Origin: Savitreella phatthalungensis
Taxonomy: Eukaryota
NCBI GenBank assembly: GCA_051599415.1
Contig: AP039706.1
Location: 62,001 to 126,000 of the forward strand
Reading direction: 5' to 3'
Length of the DNA stretch: 64,000 bases
Position 1 is the first letter of the stretch, and each line of letters begins with the position of its first letter. Position numbers and translations under genes: made by a program. Of this stretch, positions 12,158-21,793 are shown piece after piece. The notes beneath the pieces were generated by a model that was not told the DNA's origin, did no database searches, and saw only the letters and a program-made list of their open reading frames with translations.

Positions 12158-13191
12158 CGGACATTTGGGTCTTTAGACCTTCAGAGATGGAGACCACCTG
12201 TAGACGTGGTTTGTTTTGAGCGACAGCGTACACGTGAATGGGTAGGTGACGATGTCGTTTGCAAAAGTGTCAAATTATATTCCTTTGACCTTGATTAGAT
12301 CCAAGTGAAGTTCAAAATTGTCGCACCCCCTTTTGACCTGCAGGAGATATGAGGTATGATGATTGACCTGGCTGTGATTGGAAAAGTGAAAGAGCACAGA
12401 GAGAGAGAATGATGCGCTGTGCTGTCGTCTGTGGTGAGTAAGAGAGAGCGGAGGGGGGAACAGGAGGAAATCGTTGTTGGCTGGTCGTTGGATTGACTGA
12501 GTGACTGACTGAGAGACTGACCCTGGTTGGGTGAATGGATTGATGGTCGTAGAGTGTGTATTCGGGGGGTACCGTGTGAGTGGTGGAAGGTGGGGCGGTG
12601 GAGGTGATGGATGGGTGAGACGGTGTGGATAGGAGAGAGAATGCAGGAATGAGTGAATGATTGGGATGGAATTCGGAGGTTACGGGCGTCTGGGGGTGTG
12701 TGTGTCTGCAAGGGTTGAATGAGGATTTTGTTGTGGATTGTGGATTGATTGATTGGTGGCCGGGGGGAAAGTGGACAGAAGGTAAAGGAGTCAAGTGAGA
12801 GGATACAGGCGGGTTGGTGGACTAAGCAAATTTCTACGGAGAAGCGCAATTGGAGTATAAAATATGCAGGGAAATTGTTACTGCTTTTGATAATGGCACC
12901 CTTTCGAATGAGATTAGTGCGTGTGAGAACGGGTGGACGGTAAGGTTGACGTGCATTTGACTCTGCATTTATAAGTTGTGCACGTGCATGACCCACATTG
13001 CTGCATCCAAATCATTGAGTTCGAAGTTTGTGCACGGGTCACCAACACAATATACAACCATCATATGTATGCAGCTGGAATTCTCAAGGTCAGATTTCTA
13101 AATTTAAAATCCAATTCAAATTCCCCCGTTTACATGCATATGCAGCCGGCAGTCTCAAGATCTCTACTAATCTTTTCAATTTCTGAAATCA

Positions 13192-13214
13192 TAACCCTAA
13201 CCCTAACCCTAACC
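13192..13214 (+). repeat. Interstitial telomere-like repeat, (TAACCC) x ~3.8
   Basis: taaccctaaccctaaccctaacc in the EAF1/YIP3 divergent intergenic region. Confidence 0.9.
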
Positions 13215-13494
13215 ATAATCTCACTCGCCTGGCTTTCCTGTACGCGTCAATTCTGTACCCGTGTTTAGTCAATTGACGCACACGCCTTTCTTGCCCTTGT
13301 GTATCATCCATCCATCATCCTATTCTCGCTTGCCAAGACATCATCCTCCTCCATCACTACTACGAAACATAACACCTCTCTTCACAGCAACACCACACAG
13401 ACACATAAAGGCTTCTTTGTGACGTCAAAGGTCATTCCCATAATCACTCACGCTCACCCTATCTCCCTTCACATTCCACCCTTCCTTCAACACG

Positions 13495-14127
13495 ATGGAT
13501 TACGCTAGGATCGCACAGGACTACGCTAGCAACAGCCTCGCCAACATCCGATCTATCAGCGCGAATGAGCGTTTTGCAAACTTGCGTTCCATCCGAGAGT
13601 TTTTGGATGTTCGGCGGTTGAGCAAACCGTCTGGATTGGGTGAGGCTCAGAAACGGATTTCCTACAACTTGGGCCGCTACTCTTCCAACTACTCTGTGAT
13701 TTTTGGATTGCTTGCGATCTACGCCCTTGTGACGAATCCGCTTTTGCTGTTTGTGATTGTGCTTGCTGTTGGTGGTATGCTTGGTATCGGCAAGGTACGT
13801 CTTTCCGACTCTCTCTACCTACACATATATACTGACCCTTTCCACCAGCTCGCAGGCGAGAATCTACAGATCGGACCGATCAATTTGACGACCTCTCAAC
13901 TCTACACTACACTCGTCTGCATCACCATCCCCCTGGGACTCATCGCATCTCCTATCACGACCGTCTTCTGGCTGCTTGGAGCTAACGGCTTCGTCATCCT
14001 AGGCCGTAAATTCATCCCTGCCTCCACGCATACGAAACCTCCTTACTGACACACATCTCACATAGACGCCGCGTTCATGGAACCACCAGTCGAGTCACAG
14101 TTCGAGCAGGTTCAAGGCTCCGTGTGA
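13495..14127 (+). CDS. YIP3: Prenylated Rab acceptor PRA1/Yip3, 3 exons: 13495-13794, 13849-14005, 14066-14127
   Basis: EFLDVRRLSKP, RISYNLGRYSSNY and hydrophobic hairpins. Splicing of GTACGT..CTGAC..CAG and GTAAAT..CTGAC..TAG restores the conserved C-terminal ILGHAAFMEPPVE. Confidence 0.92.
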
Positions 14128-14252
14128 GCGGATGCACTTAGAGAGAGAGAGATAAGGGGTGGATAATTTGCCAATGGATAGACTTGTCTGACACGTGGAT
14201 CGACGTACTTGTGAAGGTTTGCTCCTATTTGAACGTAAATCTATGGCTGAAT

Positions 14253-17200
14253 CTAGAGTACTGCGCCTGCCTTTGCCGTCGACCGATCATTTGTCTGAAC
14301 CTTTTTCAATCCTTTGCCTTGCTGGATGCTCGCGAGCAACGCAGATCGATCAGGCGTACCTCCTACGCCTCCTCCTCCTGCTCCACCCGTGGGTGGTGGG
14401 GCTGGCGGCGCTGCCATGGCTGGCGGCGGTGGTGGTGGCGGGATGGAACCGTTCATGCCCGGCGGTGCAGGCGGTGGGGGAGGTGGCGGCGGTGGTGCTC
14501 CAGCCATTGGCGGCGGCGGTGGTCCTGGTGGCGGTGGTGGCATCGCTGGTGCTGCACGCGGGGCTGCTGGGATGGCCGGTGCGGGTGGAGGTGGGATGGC
14601 TGTGGGAGTGGTGGTACTGCCGCTTGCGCCGCCTGTCTTTTGCGCGGTGACTGGCGTGGACACGCCACCGGTACGCTGAGGTTGAATGCCGCCGGCAAAG
14701 AGCTTTGCAGCGAGATCTTTTGCGCTCACAGGATCCTCGTCCTCGTCGTCCGAGCTCTTCTCAGATGCCTTGTCCCAGTCGTCGTCTGCCGGTTTGGCGG
14801 GTGCACGCACGGGTCCAGTCCGCTGGGCCGACAGCGGCGCAGATGGTGGCCGTGGAATGGCCGAGCCGCCGATCGGCGAGGCTGGTGTCGCCCCGGCCAT
14901 TCGCTGGAATGGATTGCGTGATGAAACGGCACCTGCAGCAGGTGTCGCTGTCGTCGTTGCTGGCACAGGCGGTGCGGGTACACTGGGCGGCTTTGCTGCT
15001 GGTGCTGCGCTCTTGTACGGGTTTCGGTCTGGCACTGGTGCAGGACCTTCCTCATCGGAGGACGACAAGTATGAGCTCTTGTCGTCGTCATCATCATCCT
15101 GCTTGGCTGATCGCTCTGCCTTTTGTCTCTGCAGTTCAGCTTCGAGGGCAAAGCGCTCGGCTTGCTGGACGACGGATTGCTCGCGCACATTGTCCAGCTT
15201 GCTTTGCTGCTGCTTCACCTGACGTACCGCGGATTCCTGCTGGCGCTTCGCCTCCGCTTCCCTCAATTTCCCAGCTTCTTTCTCCGCAGCAATTCGCGAA
15301 AGTTCTTCGTCCTGCTTCCGCTGAGCATCGACGAGTGCCTGTTCTTCCTGCTTGCGCTTCGCTTCGATCTCGGCGGCTTCCTTCGCCTGCCGCTCCTTCT
15401 CCGCGCTCAATGCAGCATCCTTTCCAGCAGGCGACAGCGCTTGCGGTTCTCTAGCATTCTTCTTTGTCGGACGGATGCCGAGTGCAGCAAGACGCTCTGC
15501 CATGCGGGCTTCTGCCTGCTGCTTCAGGTACGTTGCGCGATCTTCGGCGGTGTTGAAGCTGTTGTAGGTGGGTGTGGCAGAGCGCGGTGCAGCGGCTGAG
15601 GTTGCTACACTCGCGACTGCAGGTGCAGATGCACCCGTTGCCGGGGCTACACTGGCGGCAGAGGCACGGCCTGTGTTGGTCGATGATGATCCACGGTTGA
15701 GCTCGCGGATGAAATCGCGGACTTCTGGCTCGACTCCAACTGCATCTTGCCAACGCCTGCGCTCGTGCTCACCACGCGTCGATGCCGCGACGGCGCCAAG
15801 CGCAGTCTCAATATCAGCACGCAGAGATTCCGCACTCTCTTCAATGTCCTTAATCATCTGCTCGTTGTTCTCCCGCGTCTTGTTGAGCTCGGCGAGTTTC
15901 TCCTGCTGCCTGCGAGTGGCTGCCTCGAAGTCATCTTCATTCGCCTTCGGTGCCGGCTTTCCTGTCAGAGCGGCCATGCGGGCCTCCATCATCGCTCGTG
16001 TCTTAGCCTTCCGACGATCAGCCTCTGTGACTTGACCTCCAGGGCCGGTACCGACGATAGAGCTCGCGCCAGGGTTACTCTTGCGGTCGTTGATGTTGAA
16101 GATATCAAGTTGCACTTCTTGGATACGACGCTCGGTAGCCCGGACCTGTGCAGCAATCTGCGGCAGCTGGTCGACTAGCGTTTGCAGTTGACGGCCGAGA
16201 TCTGCACGCTCCCGATCGGTGTCGCCGGAGAGGAGGTGCGCGTTCGCGTGTCCATCAAGTTTGGCTTGCACCTTACGGATCTCACGGTAGAGCGCGTCGC
16301 TGTCCTGCTTGACTTTGCTGTCGAGATCACGTTCGTCGTCTCCACGTCGCTCGTCTTCCTGATCTATCGCGTCCAGGAGGACTTGCTTTTCCTTGACGAG
16401 CTTCTGTAGATCGGCGACTGAAAGCTCGCCGGAGGCTGTAGTCGATGTCGGGACAGCGGCAGGGGACGCAGTATCTTGACGTGGCCCAGTACGGCGGCGA
16501 GCGGATGAGACGTAGCCGACTTGAGCGTCATCGTGCTTGTACACTGTTCCGTCCTTTGAGTAATCGCGATTCTCCTGAGATTCGTTGAACGAGCGCTGCT
16601 TCATATAACTCGTCGGTCCATTGCGACTGACGGCATCACGCTGTAGCATGCTCTTGACCTGGCTAACGGAGTCGTTGAAGTTGCGCGCAGACGGCGGGAT
16701 GAGCTCGGGAGGAAGACGTGGTGGAATCTCGTAGCCGTTGATCTTGCGGTAGATTAGGTGTAGCGCGACAGCAAACTCGTCAGAGCTCAGCTTGCCCTTG
16801 TCATCCTGATCTGTAAGCGCCCAGACGAGCTCAAGATCGCTGCGAGGAAGCCCACTCTGGCTGAAGACTTCGATCGCGTTCGCGCCATCGATGTAGCCAA
16901 CACCGCGTTTGTCCCAAGCGGAGAAAATGGAGTCGTAGACAGATTTCTCTTCCTTGGTGATTGCCCACGGGATCTGTACTTGCTGTCCAGCTGAGGCGAT
17001 AGGCGGCTGGAATCCTTGCGCTTGTGGAGCTGCGCCAGGCATGAGCTGCATGCCCATGGTTTGCACACCAGGCATGCCTTGTCCCTGATACTGCGCTGGT
17101 GTATTGACAAATCCCCATTCACCCGGCCGTCCCGTCGGTTGCGACATGAGCGGCTGATTGGAGAAGGACGAGAACTCGGATTGCTGCTGCTGCTGTTGCT

Positions 17201-18629
17201 GTTGCGGCATGCCAAGACCAGTCAAGCCAGGTTGCTGAACGCCTGTAATTCCTGGTTGCAAACCGACTCCGGGTACGTAGCCTGTCTGCTGGGTTTGCTG
17301 ATAGCCTGTCTGCTGGGCCTGCTGGTAGCCTGTCTGCTGCGGCACCATCCCGTAGCCTGCTGCAAAGCCAGTCTTCTGCGGGACGAATCCCTGAGCCATC
17401 GGCACGAAACCAAATTGCTGACCGAGCAAGTTGACGTTGCTCATTTGCTGACTCGTGTTGTTGCCGACATCTGAGAAATCTGGTGCGTTAGAGGCTGGCT
17501 GGCCTGGTCTTGGTGGCTTTGCTGGTGGAGCTGCATTACCTGCGCCGTCGTCAGGCACTGTGAAGGCAATGTAGTCAACCATGGAACTGACTTCGTTCTT
17601 GACCCGGTCATCGAGTCGGGATTCGATGGTTCTGCCTTTGAGAGCGTTATTGCATAGATACATGGCGAGCACGAACTCTGGGAAGACGAGCTGACCCGAT
17701 CGGGTGGTATCAGAGAGCGCCCAGATCTTTGACAGGAGATTGCCCGGCAGACCGGAGCGGGTGAGGATGCGCTTCGCCTCGTCTGCGGGCAATGCAGCCT
17801 TGTATGGTCCGACTGCTTTGGCAAAGAGGTCTTCGAATTTTGCCTGATCAGCTGCAGTGACGAAGCTCAGACGGGTCGAGGGAATGTTGGCACCAGTCTT
17901 CTGCTGCTTAAGCTTGGGAGCGGCTGGTGCTGATGCGAGGTTTCCGCCACTGAAAGGCTGCTGTTGCTGCTGCTGTGGCATGGCACCAAAACCTGAGAAG
18001 CCATAACCTGCCTGTTGCTGCTGCTGCTGGGGCTGATTGTAGCCTGTCTGCTGAGGGACAAATCCACCTTGCTGACCATAGCTGCCCTGCTGTGGAGCGT
18101 AGCCCTGGTTGAAGGTCGTCTGCTGCGACTGTTGTTGTTGCTGTGGCTGCTGATAAGGGGTGTATCCCGTCTGCTGTGCTTGCATGCCTGCGGCGCCGAA
18201 GCCGGAATACTGCGGCTGCTGCTGACCATAGCCAGCTGCGCTGTAGCCCGTCTGTTGCGGCTGTTGCTGTTGCTGTTGTTGAAGCTGTTGAGGAGGTGGA
18301 GCGTAGCCCGTCTGTTGCGGTCTCATCTGCTGCTGAGATGCACCATAGGCGGGCTGCTGTGGTTGAGCGTAGCCCATTGGCTGTTGCTGTTGTCCGTAAC
18401 CCGTCTGCTGCCCTCCGAAGCCCTGGGAGAGCCCGGCTTGTGGGTTGTAGCCTGTCTGCTGAGCAGTCAGCTGCTGGCCGAAGCTCGACTGTGGTTGAAA
18501 ACCTGTTCTCTGCGGCTGCATCGATGGCTGCTGTTGCTGCTGCCCGTAATTTCCGTATGCGCCTGGCTGCTGCTGACCATATCCACCAGCTTGACCGCCG
18601 TAGTTGGCCTGAGCATAATTACCGTACAT
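14253..18629 (-). CDS. PAN1: Actin/endocytosis scaffold Pan1
   Basis: QQTG repeats, two EH domains (LSFVTAADQAKFEDLF...; WAITKEEKSVYDSIF...), coiled coils, poly-Pro and a C-terminal WH2 (DRSALLASIQQGKGLKKVQTNDRS). Confidence 0.95.
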   Translation of the reverse strand: MYGNYAQANYGGQAGGYGQQQPGAYGNYGQQQQQPSMQPQRTGFQPQSSFGQQLTAQQTGYNPQAGLSQGFGGQQTGYGQQQQPMGYAQPQQPAYGASQQQMRPQQTGYAPPPQQLQQQQQQQPQQTGYSAAGYGQQQPQYSGFGAAGMQAQQTGYTPYQQPQQQQQSQQTTFNQGYAPQQGSYGQQGGFVPQQTGYNQPQQQQQQAGYGFSGFGAMPQQQQQQPFSGGNLASAPAAPKLKQQKTGANIPSTRLSFVTAADQAKFEDLFAKAVGPYKAALPADEAKRILTRSGLPGNLLSKIWALSDTTRSGQLVFPEFVLAMYLCNNALKGRTIESRLDDRVKNEVSSMVDYIAFTVPDDGAGNAAPPAKPPRPGQPASNAPDFSDVGNNTSQQMSNVNLLGQQFGFVPMAQGFVPQKTGFAAGYGMVPQQTGYQQAQQTGYQQTQQTGYVPGVGLQPGITGVQQPGLTGLGMPQQQQQQQQSEFSSFSNQPLMSQPTGRPGEWGFVNTPAQYQGQGMPGVQTMGMQLMPGAAPQAQGFQPPIASAGQQVQIPWAITKEEKSVYDSIFSAWDKRGVGYIDGANAIEVFSQSGLPRSDLELVWALTDQDDKGKLSSDEFAVALHLIYRKINGYEIPPRLPPELIPPSARNFNDSVSQVKSMLQRDAVSRNGPTSYMKQRSFNESQENRDYSKDGTVYKHDDAQVGYVSSARRRTGPRQDTASPAAVPTSTTASGELSVADLQKLVKEKQVLLDAIDQEDERRGDDERDLDSKVKQDSDALYREIRKVQAKLDGHANAHLLSGDTDRERADLGRQLQTLVDQLPQIAAQVRATERRIQEVQLDIFNINDRKSNPGASSIVGTGPGGQVTEADRRKAKTRAMMEARMAALTGKPAPKANEDDFEAATRRQQEKLAELNKTRENNEQMIKDIEESAESLRADIETALGAVAASTRGEHERRRWQDAVGVEPEVRDFIRELNRGSSSTNTGRASAASVAPATGASAPAVASVATSAAAPRSATPTYNSFNTAEDRATYLKQQAEARMAERLAALGIRPTKKNAREPQALSPAGKDAALSAEKERQAKEAAEIEAKRKQEEQALVDAQRKQDEELSRIAAEKEAGKLREAEAKRQQESAVRQVKQQQSKLDNVREQSVVQQAERFALEAELQRQKAERSAKQDDDDDDKSSYLSSSDEEGPAPVPDRNPYKSAAPAAKPPSVPAPPVPATTTATPAAGAVSSRNPFQRMAGATPASPIGGSAIPRPPSAPLSAQRTGPVRAPAKPADDDWDKASEKSSDDEDEDPVSAKDLAAKLFAGGIQPQRTGGVSTPVTAQKTGGASGSTTTPTAIPPPPAPAIPAAPRAAPAMPPPPPGPPPPPMAGAPPPPPPPPPAPPGMNGSIPPPPPPPAMAAPPAPPPTGGAGGGGVGGTPDRSALLASIQQGKGLKKVQTNDRSTAKAGAVL

Positions 18630-19327
18630 GGTCTGTGTGGCTTATGCAATTATGAAGCGAGCTTGCGAAAGCACAGAGAGACGGGGAGCAGAAGAAGATG
18701 CGAAAGACGGTTAAAGGTGTGAGGTCGAAGGCAGAACGAGCGAAAGTCAAGGTCCGTGTTAGAGCGGTCTTGTCAAGGACAGATTGGCGCCTTATGCCGA
18801 TTTGGAGCTTTAGCTTCTCTCCACGGAAGACTGCCAAGCAATGTGTGTATATGACTCAGGTGGGGATGATGGCCGCTTCCTGTGAGAAACTCCGCCCAGC
18901 TCTTCACGTACAAACTCAATAGTCTACCAGAGCCGACGATGGGCGTAGAGAGAGAGAGGAATACCGTGTGGATCAAAGGTTGTAGGTGGATGGATGTCTG
19001 TCTGTCTGTATGAGGTGGACGTGTCTTAAGTGAATGAGCATATGCAAAGGATCGATCATGTTTGCGTGCAAATGATGGATCGATCGAAGACTATGACGCA
19101 GTTTCCATCCTTTCATTAGTTCATTAATTCTCAATTTAGGTCAAATCAAGAGAATCATTACATCGAACATTGCAATTTGCAGTGAAGTCATTAATTCAAG
19201 CTAATAAATATACTTTTACCAATTAATAATTTTAATTATTCTCGAAGAAATCACTTGGATGCATGTGCGAGGTCAAACACTCAGTCATCATCATCAACCT
19301 CAACAACGTCCACCACTTCCTCCTCCT

Positions 19328-19385
19328 CTTCATCTTCATCCTCATCCTCATCTTCATCCTCATCTTCATCCTCATCTTCATCATC
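19328..19385 (+). repeat. (CATCTT/CATCCT)n hexanucleotide microsatellite
   Basis: About 9 tandem CATCYT units read directly. The poly-S, poly-IF and poly-MK ORFs over it are artefacts. Confidence 0.85.
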
Positions 19386-19702
19386 CTTCTCCTTCTCCTT
19401 CTACACCAGCTGCTATTTTCCATCATCTTCATCTGCATCTGCTTCTCAACTTCCATCAGGCGCAAAGAAATCCATAAGTGACTTACTCTGGCTCTTCCCA
19501 GATCAACTAGGCTCCTCACCCAAAACCCCTCACCAGAGTCCCTTCAGCGTTCGGGCATAAGCTCATCAAGGCCTCATCTAATCCTCTACTACATCTTCCA
19601 TTCCTCTTCTCCTTCTGATTGCTCGCCCACTCTTCCGCCATTCAATTTGCCCGCATCTGCTTCTGACCACCTTCCTTCCTGCTTCTCATTGATCGCTTTC
19701 CC

Positions 19703-20218
19703 ATGGCTCGAAAGCACGCTTCACAGGAAGATCTACAGGCAAGATCATCAGCACGTCCTCTATCATCCGATCAAACCGATCAATCCCGCGGACGTTCTAG
19801 CGGCCTAGACGACGACCTCGCAAGCCAGCGTTCCGATGAGTCCCTTGAAAGACATCACCATGACTGGACGGATCACAGCGTCACAGGCAGTACGCAGCAG
19901 CCAGGCGACCCAGACTACAAGGACATGAACCTACTCCAGCGCTGGCGGTACCAATACGAGGTCAACTTTGCACTCTACATGATCACGCCCGAAGAGAAAT
20001 TCGTTGTGAATGGGGTCGGTGTAGTGATCCTGCTCTTGCTCGCCTGGTGCTCGTACGCCTACATGCCAGACCACCTCCGTCTGATGGCAAACAGATTCTA
20101 CTACTACGCCCATGGCAGAGTCGAATCAGTCGCAAGAGCAGGACTCTCCCGCGCTTCCTACGCGACCCAGAAGGCTAAGCATGCTGCCTCAGCTACTCGT
20201 GCAGCACTACAGCGGTGA
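19703..20218 (+). CDS. Serine palmitoyltransferase small regulatory subunit-like protein (SPTSSA/DUF3317 type)
   Basis: RWRYQYEVNFALYMITPEEKFVVN plus a TM helix and YMPDHL..M..R.YYY. Confidence 0.8.
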   Translation: MARKHASQEDLQARSSARPLSSDQTDQSRGRSSGLDDDLASQRSDESLERHHHDWTDHSVTGSTQQPGDPDYKDMNLLQRWRYQYEVNFALYMITPEEKFVVNGVGVVILLLLAWCSYAYMPDHLRLMANRFYYYAHGRVESVARAGLSRASYATQKAKHAASATRAALQR

Positions 20219-20510
20219 CCCCCCTTAAGGAGCAGCAGTCTCCACCCCAGCTCGCCACTGACAACTTCCTACTTGGCAGAAACAGACTTGTCTACCCACC
20301 GACCTTAATGCAAATGCCCTTTACGTTCACCTTCTCCTGCTCACGTTCACCTCCTCCTGCTCAAGCACAGGCGAGCATGCGTTGCCTTGACTTGCATGTT
20401 CCTTTTCTTTTCCTTCTTCGTTCTTGCTTTGCCATACATTACTCGTGACTATCGTACATACGTCAGGTGTATCCAATCCAATTCTGCCCATCAGGTCCTC
20501 AGATCAATCC

Positions 20511-21347
20511 TCAGAACTTGACGCGTCGTTTCCTGCCGGTGTAGCGGGAGTCAAGCGGAACATCAATCTTGCCTCGCTTCCTGTAGAGTTCCTTCTTCTT
20601 GAGGATATACTCTTTCGTAGTAAGATCCTTCTTGGACGATTTCTTCTTGTGAGAGCCTCCTCTTGCTGGACCCCCCGCGACATAGCTACCTTCATCTGCT
20701 GCCGTGACGCCCTCTGGCAAGGTCAGGGAAGCTCCTCCACCAACCTGCAGACACAGGTAGTACTTTCTAGCCTTCTTCGACTCTGGATTATCGACCACAA
20801 CGCCACCGCCGAAACCACACTTGGTTGCCGCAGCCATGATCATCTCCATCGGCCGCTCTCCTTCTGGGTAGAACTGAAAGACTGCCTTTGCGCCACGCTT
20901 CAGTGACGCATACAGACTTTCGAAGAATCTTGCTAGTCTGCGCTGCGGGTTGGCCGTCCGGGTATCTGCATTCAAGAGCCACTGGAGCACGCTGACGGAG
21001 ATACACCCGTCGAATGCACCTGCCCTGAAAGGCACACCATCTCCGATATCCGCCAGCAGCAGATCACCCTCCGTCTCTCTCTCCACAGCAACATCCAGCA
21101 TCGACGGCGAGATATCCATGCCAACCCAATAGTGTCCTTCCTCCTGCAGAATCTCTCCAGACAGGCCAGACCCGCAGCCGACATCCAAGATAAAGCTAGG
21201 GTTCTCAGCATTCAACCCAAGGAGATCAATACACCGCAGCGACATCTCAGCCTGAATTTGCTGAATGCGCGAGTTGTCTGTGTACTTGCGCGCCTCCGAG
21301 TCATTGTAGAAGACCTCTGGCGGTGAGATGTGTTCAGGCCGAGACAT
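20511..21347 (-). CDS. BUD23: 18S rRNA m7G methyltransferase Bud23/WBSCR22
   Basis: MSRPEHISPPEVFYNDSEARKY, ILDVGCGSGLSG, GFGGGVVVDNPES.KARKYYL and C-terminal SRYTGRKRRVKF. Confidence 0.97.
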   Translation of the reverse strand: MSRPEHISPPEVFYNDSEARKYTDNSRIQQIQAEMSLRCIDLLGLNAENPSFILDVGCGSGLSGEILQEEGHYWVGMDISPSMLDVAVERETEGDLLLADIGDGVPFRAGAFDGCISVSVLQWLLNADTRTANPQRRLARFFESLYASLKRGAKAVFQFYPEGERPMEMIMAAATKCGFGGGVVVDNPESKKARKYYLCLQVGGGASLTLPEGVTAADEGSYVAGGPARGGSHKKKSSKKDLTTKEYILKKKELYRKRGKIDVPLDSRYTGRKRRVKF

Positions 21348-21588
21348 CCTTCCCAGCAATCCACACAGTGTCTCTCAATATTTTCCTCAGGTTCCAAAAG
21401 CAAGCTCCCGTCTCTCCAATGAAGTCGTCGAGGTAATCAAGAGAACAGTAGATGAGTGTCGAGATGAAGTCACAACGGATGATTGACTCCCGATAGGTTC
21501 CTGGAGACTCCAATAGCTATAAGTAGAATATATGATCCGAGTTGTGATACTGTTTTTTCCACGTTGATCGTTGAACTGTCACTTTGAG

Positions 21589-21663
21589 CACGTGCAAATT
21601 CGAACTGATTTTTGTGCGACCTGACAACCACTCCAAAGCACGTGCAGTCGATGTAAACAAACA
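21589..21663 (+). promoter_or_regulatory. Divergent BUD23/kinesin-5 promoter: two AGCACGTGCA E-boxes and a forkhead (FLEX-type) site GTAAACAAACA
   Basis: CACGTG at 21589 and 21639; GTAAACAAACA at 21653-21663, about 130 nt upstream of the kinesin ATG. Function is inferred. Confidence 0.45.
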
Positions 21664-21793
21664 GGTTACGCATCTACAGCAACACTCTCGCACAAACAAC
21701 ATCTCACACTCACACCCGACATACATCCATTCCATCGACTCTCAGCAGATACAAGGCACATCAGAGTCCCCATTCCAATATAGTTCTACAGTT

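Noticed and set aside
12295..12996. 233-aa and 160-aa minus-strand ORFs upstream of EAF1
   Set aside because: Low-complexity S/H/P/T composition from CT/CA-rich leader sequence and no recognisable motif. EAF1 already has a coherent start at 12157.
13192..13214. Telomerase RNA template
   Set aside because: Templates are typically about 1.5 repeats, whereas this has nearly four. I could not identify pseudoknot or CR4/5-like elements nearby.
14184..18722. Long antisense and alternate-frame ORFs over PAN1 (likewise over EAF1, SET1, HEL2 and the kinesin)
   Set aside because: Shadow ORFs expected from GC-rich codon usage and CAG/CCG repeats, with no independent domain signal.
19232..19560. Poly-Ser, poly-His/Pro, poly-Ile/Phe and poly-Met/Lys ORFs
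   Set aside because: All are translations of one CATCYT microsatellite. The acidic reverse frame is interrupted by stops and lacks a usable start.
21584..21793. Extended N-termini in the ORF track (kinesin here; likewise CUZ1, RhoGAP, RRS1, the dehydrogenase and the SWIB protein)
   Set aside because: They begin at TTG/GTG codons within promoter or leader sequence, so the first in-frame ATG was used.
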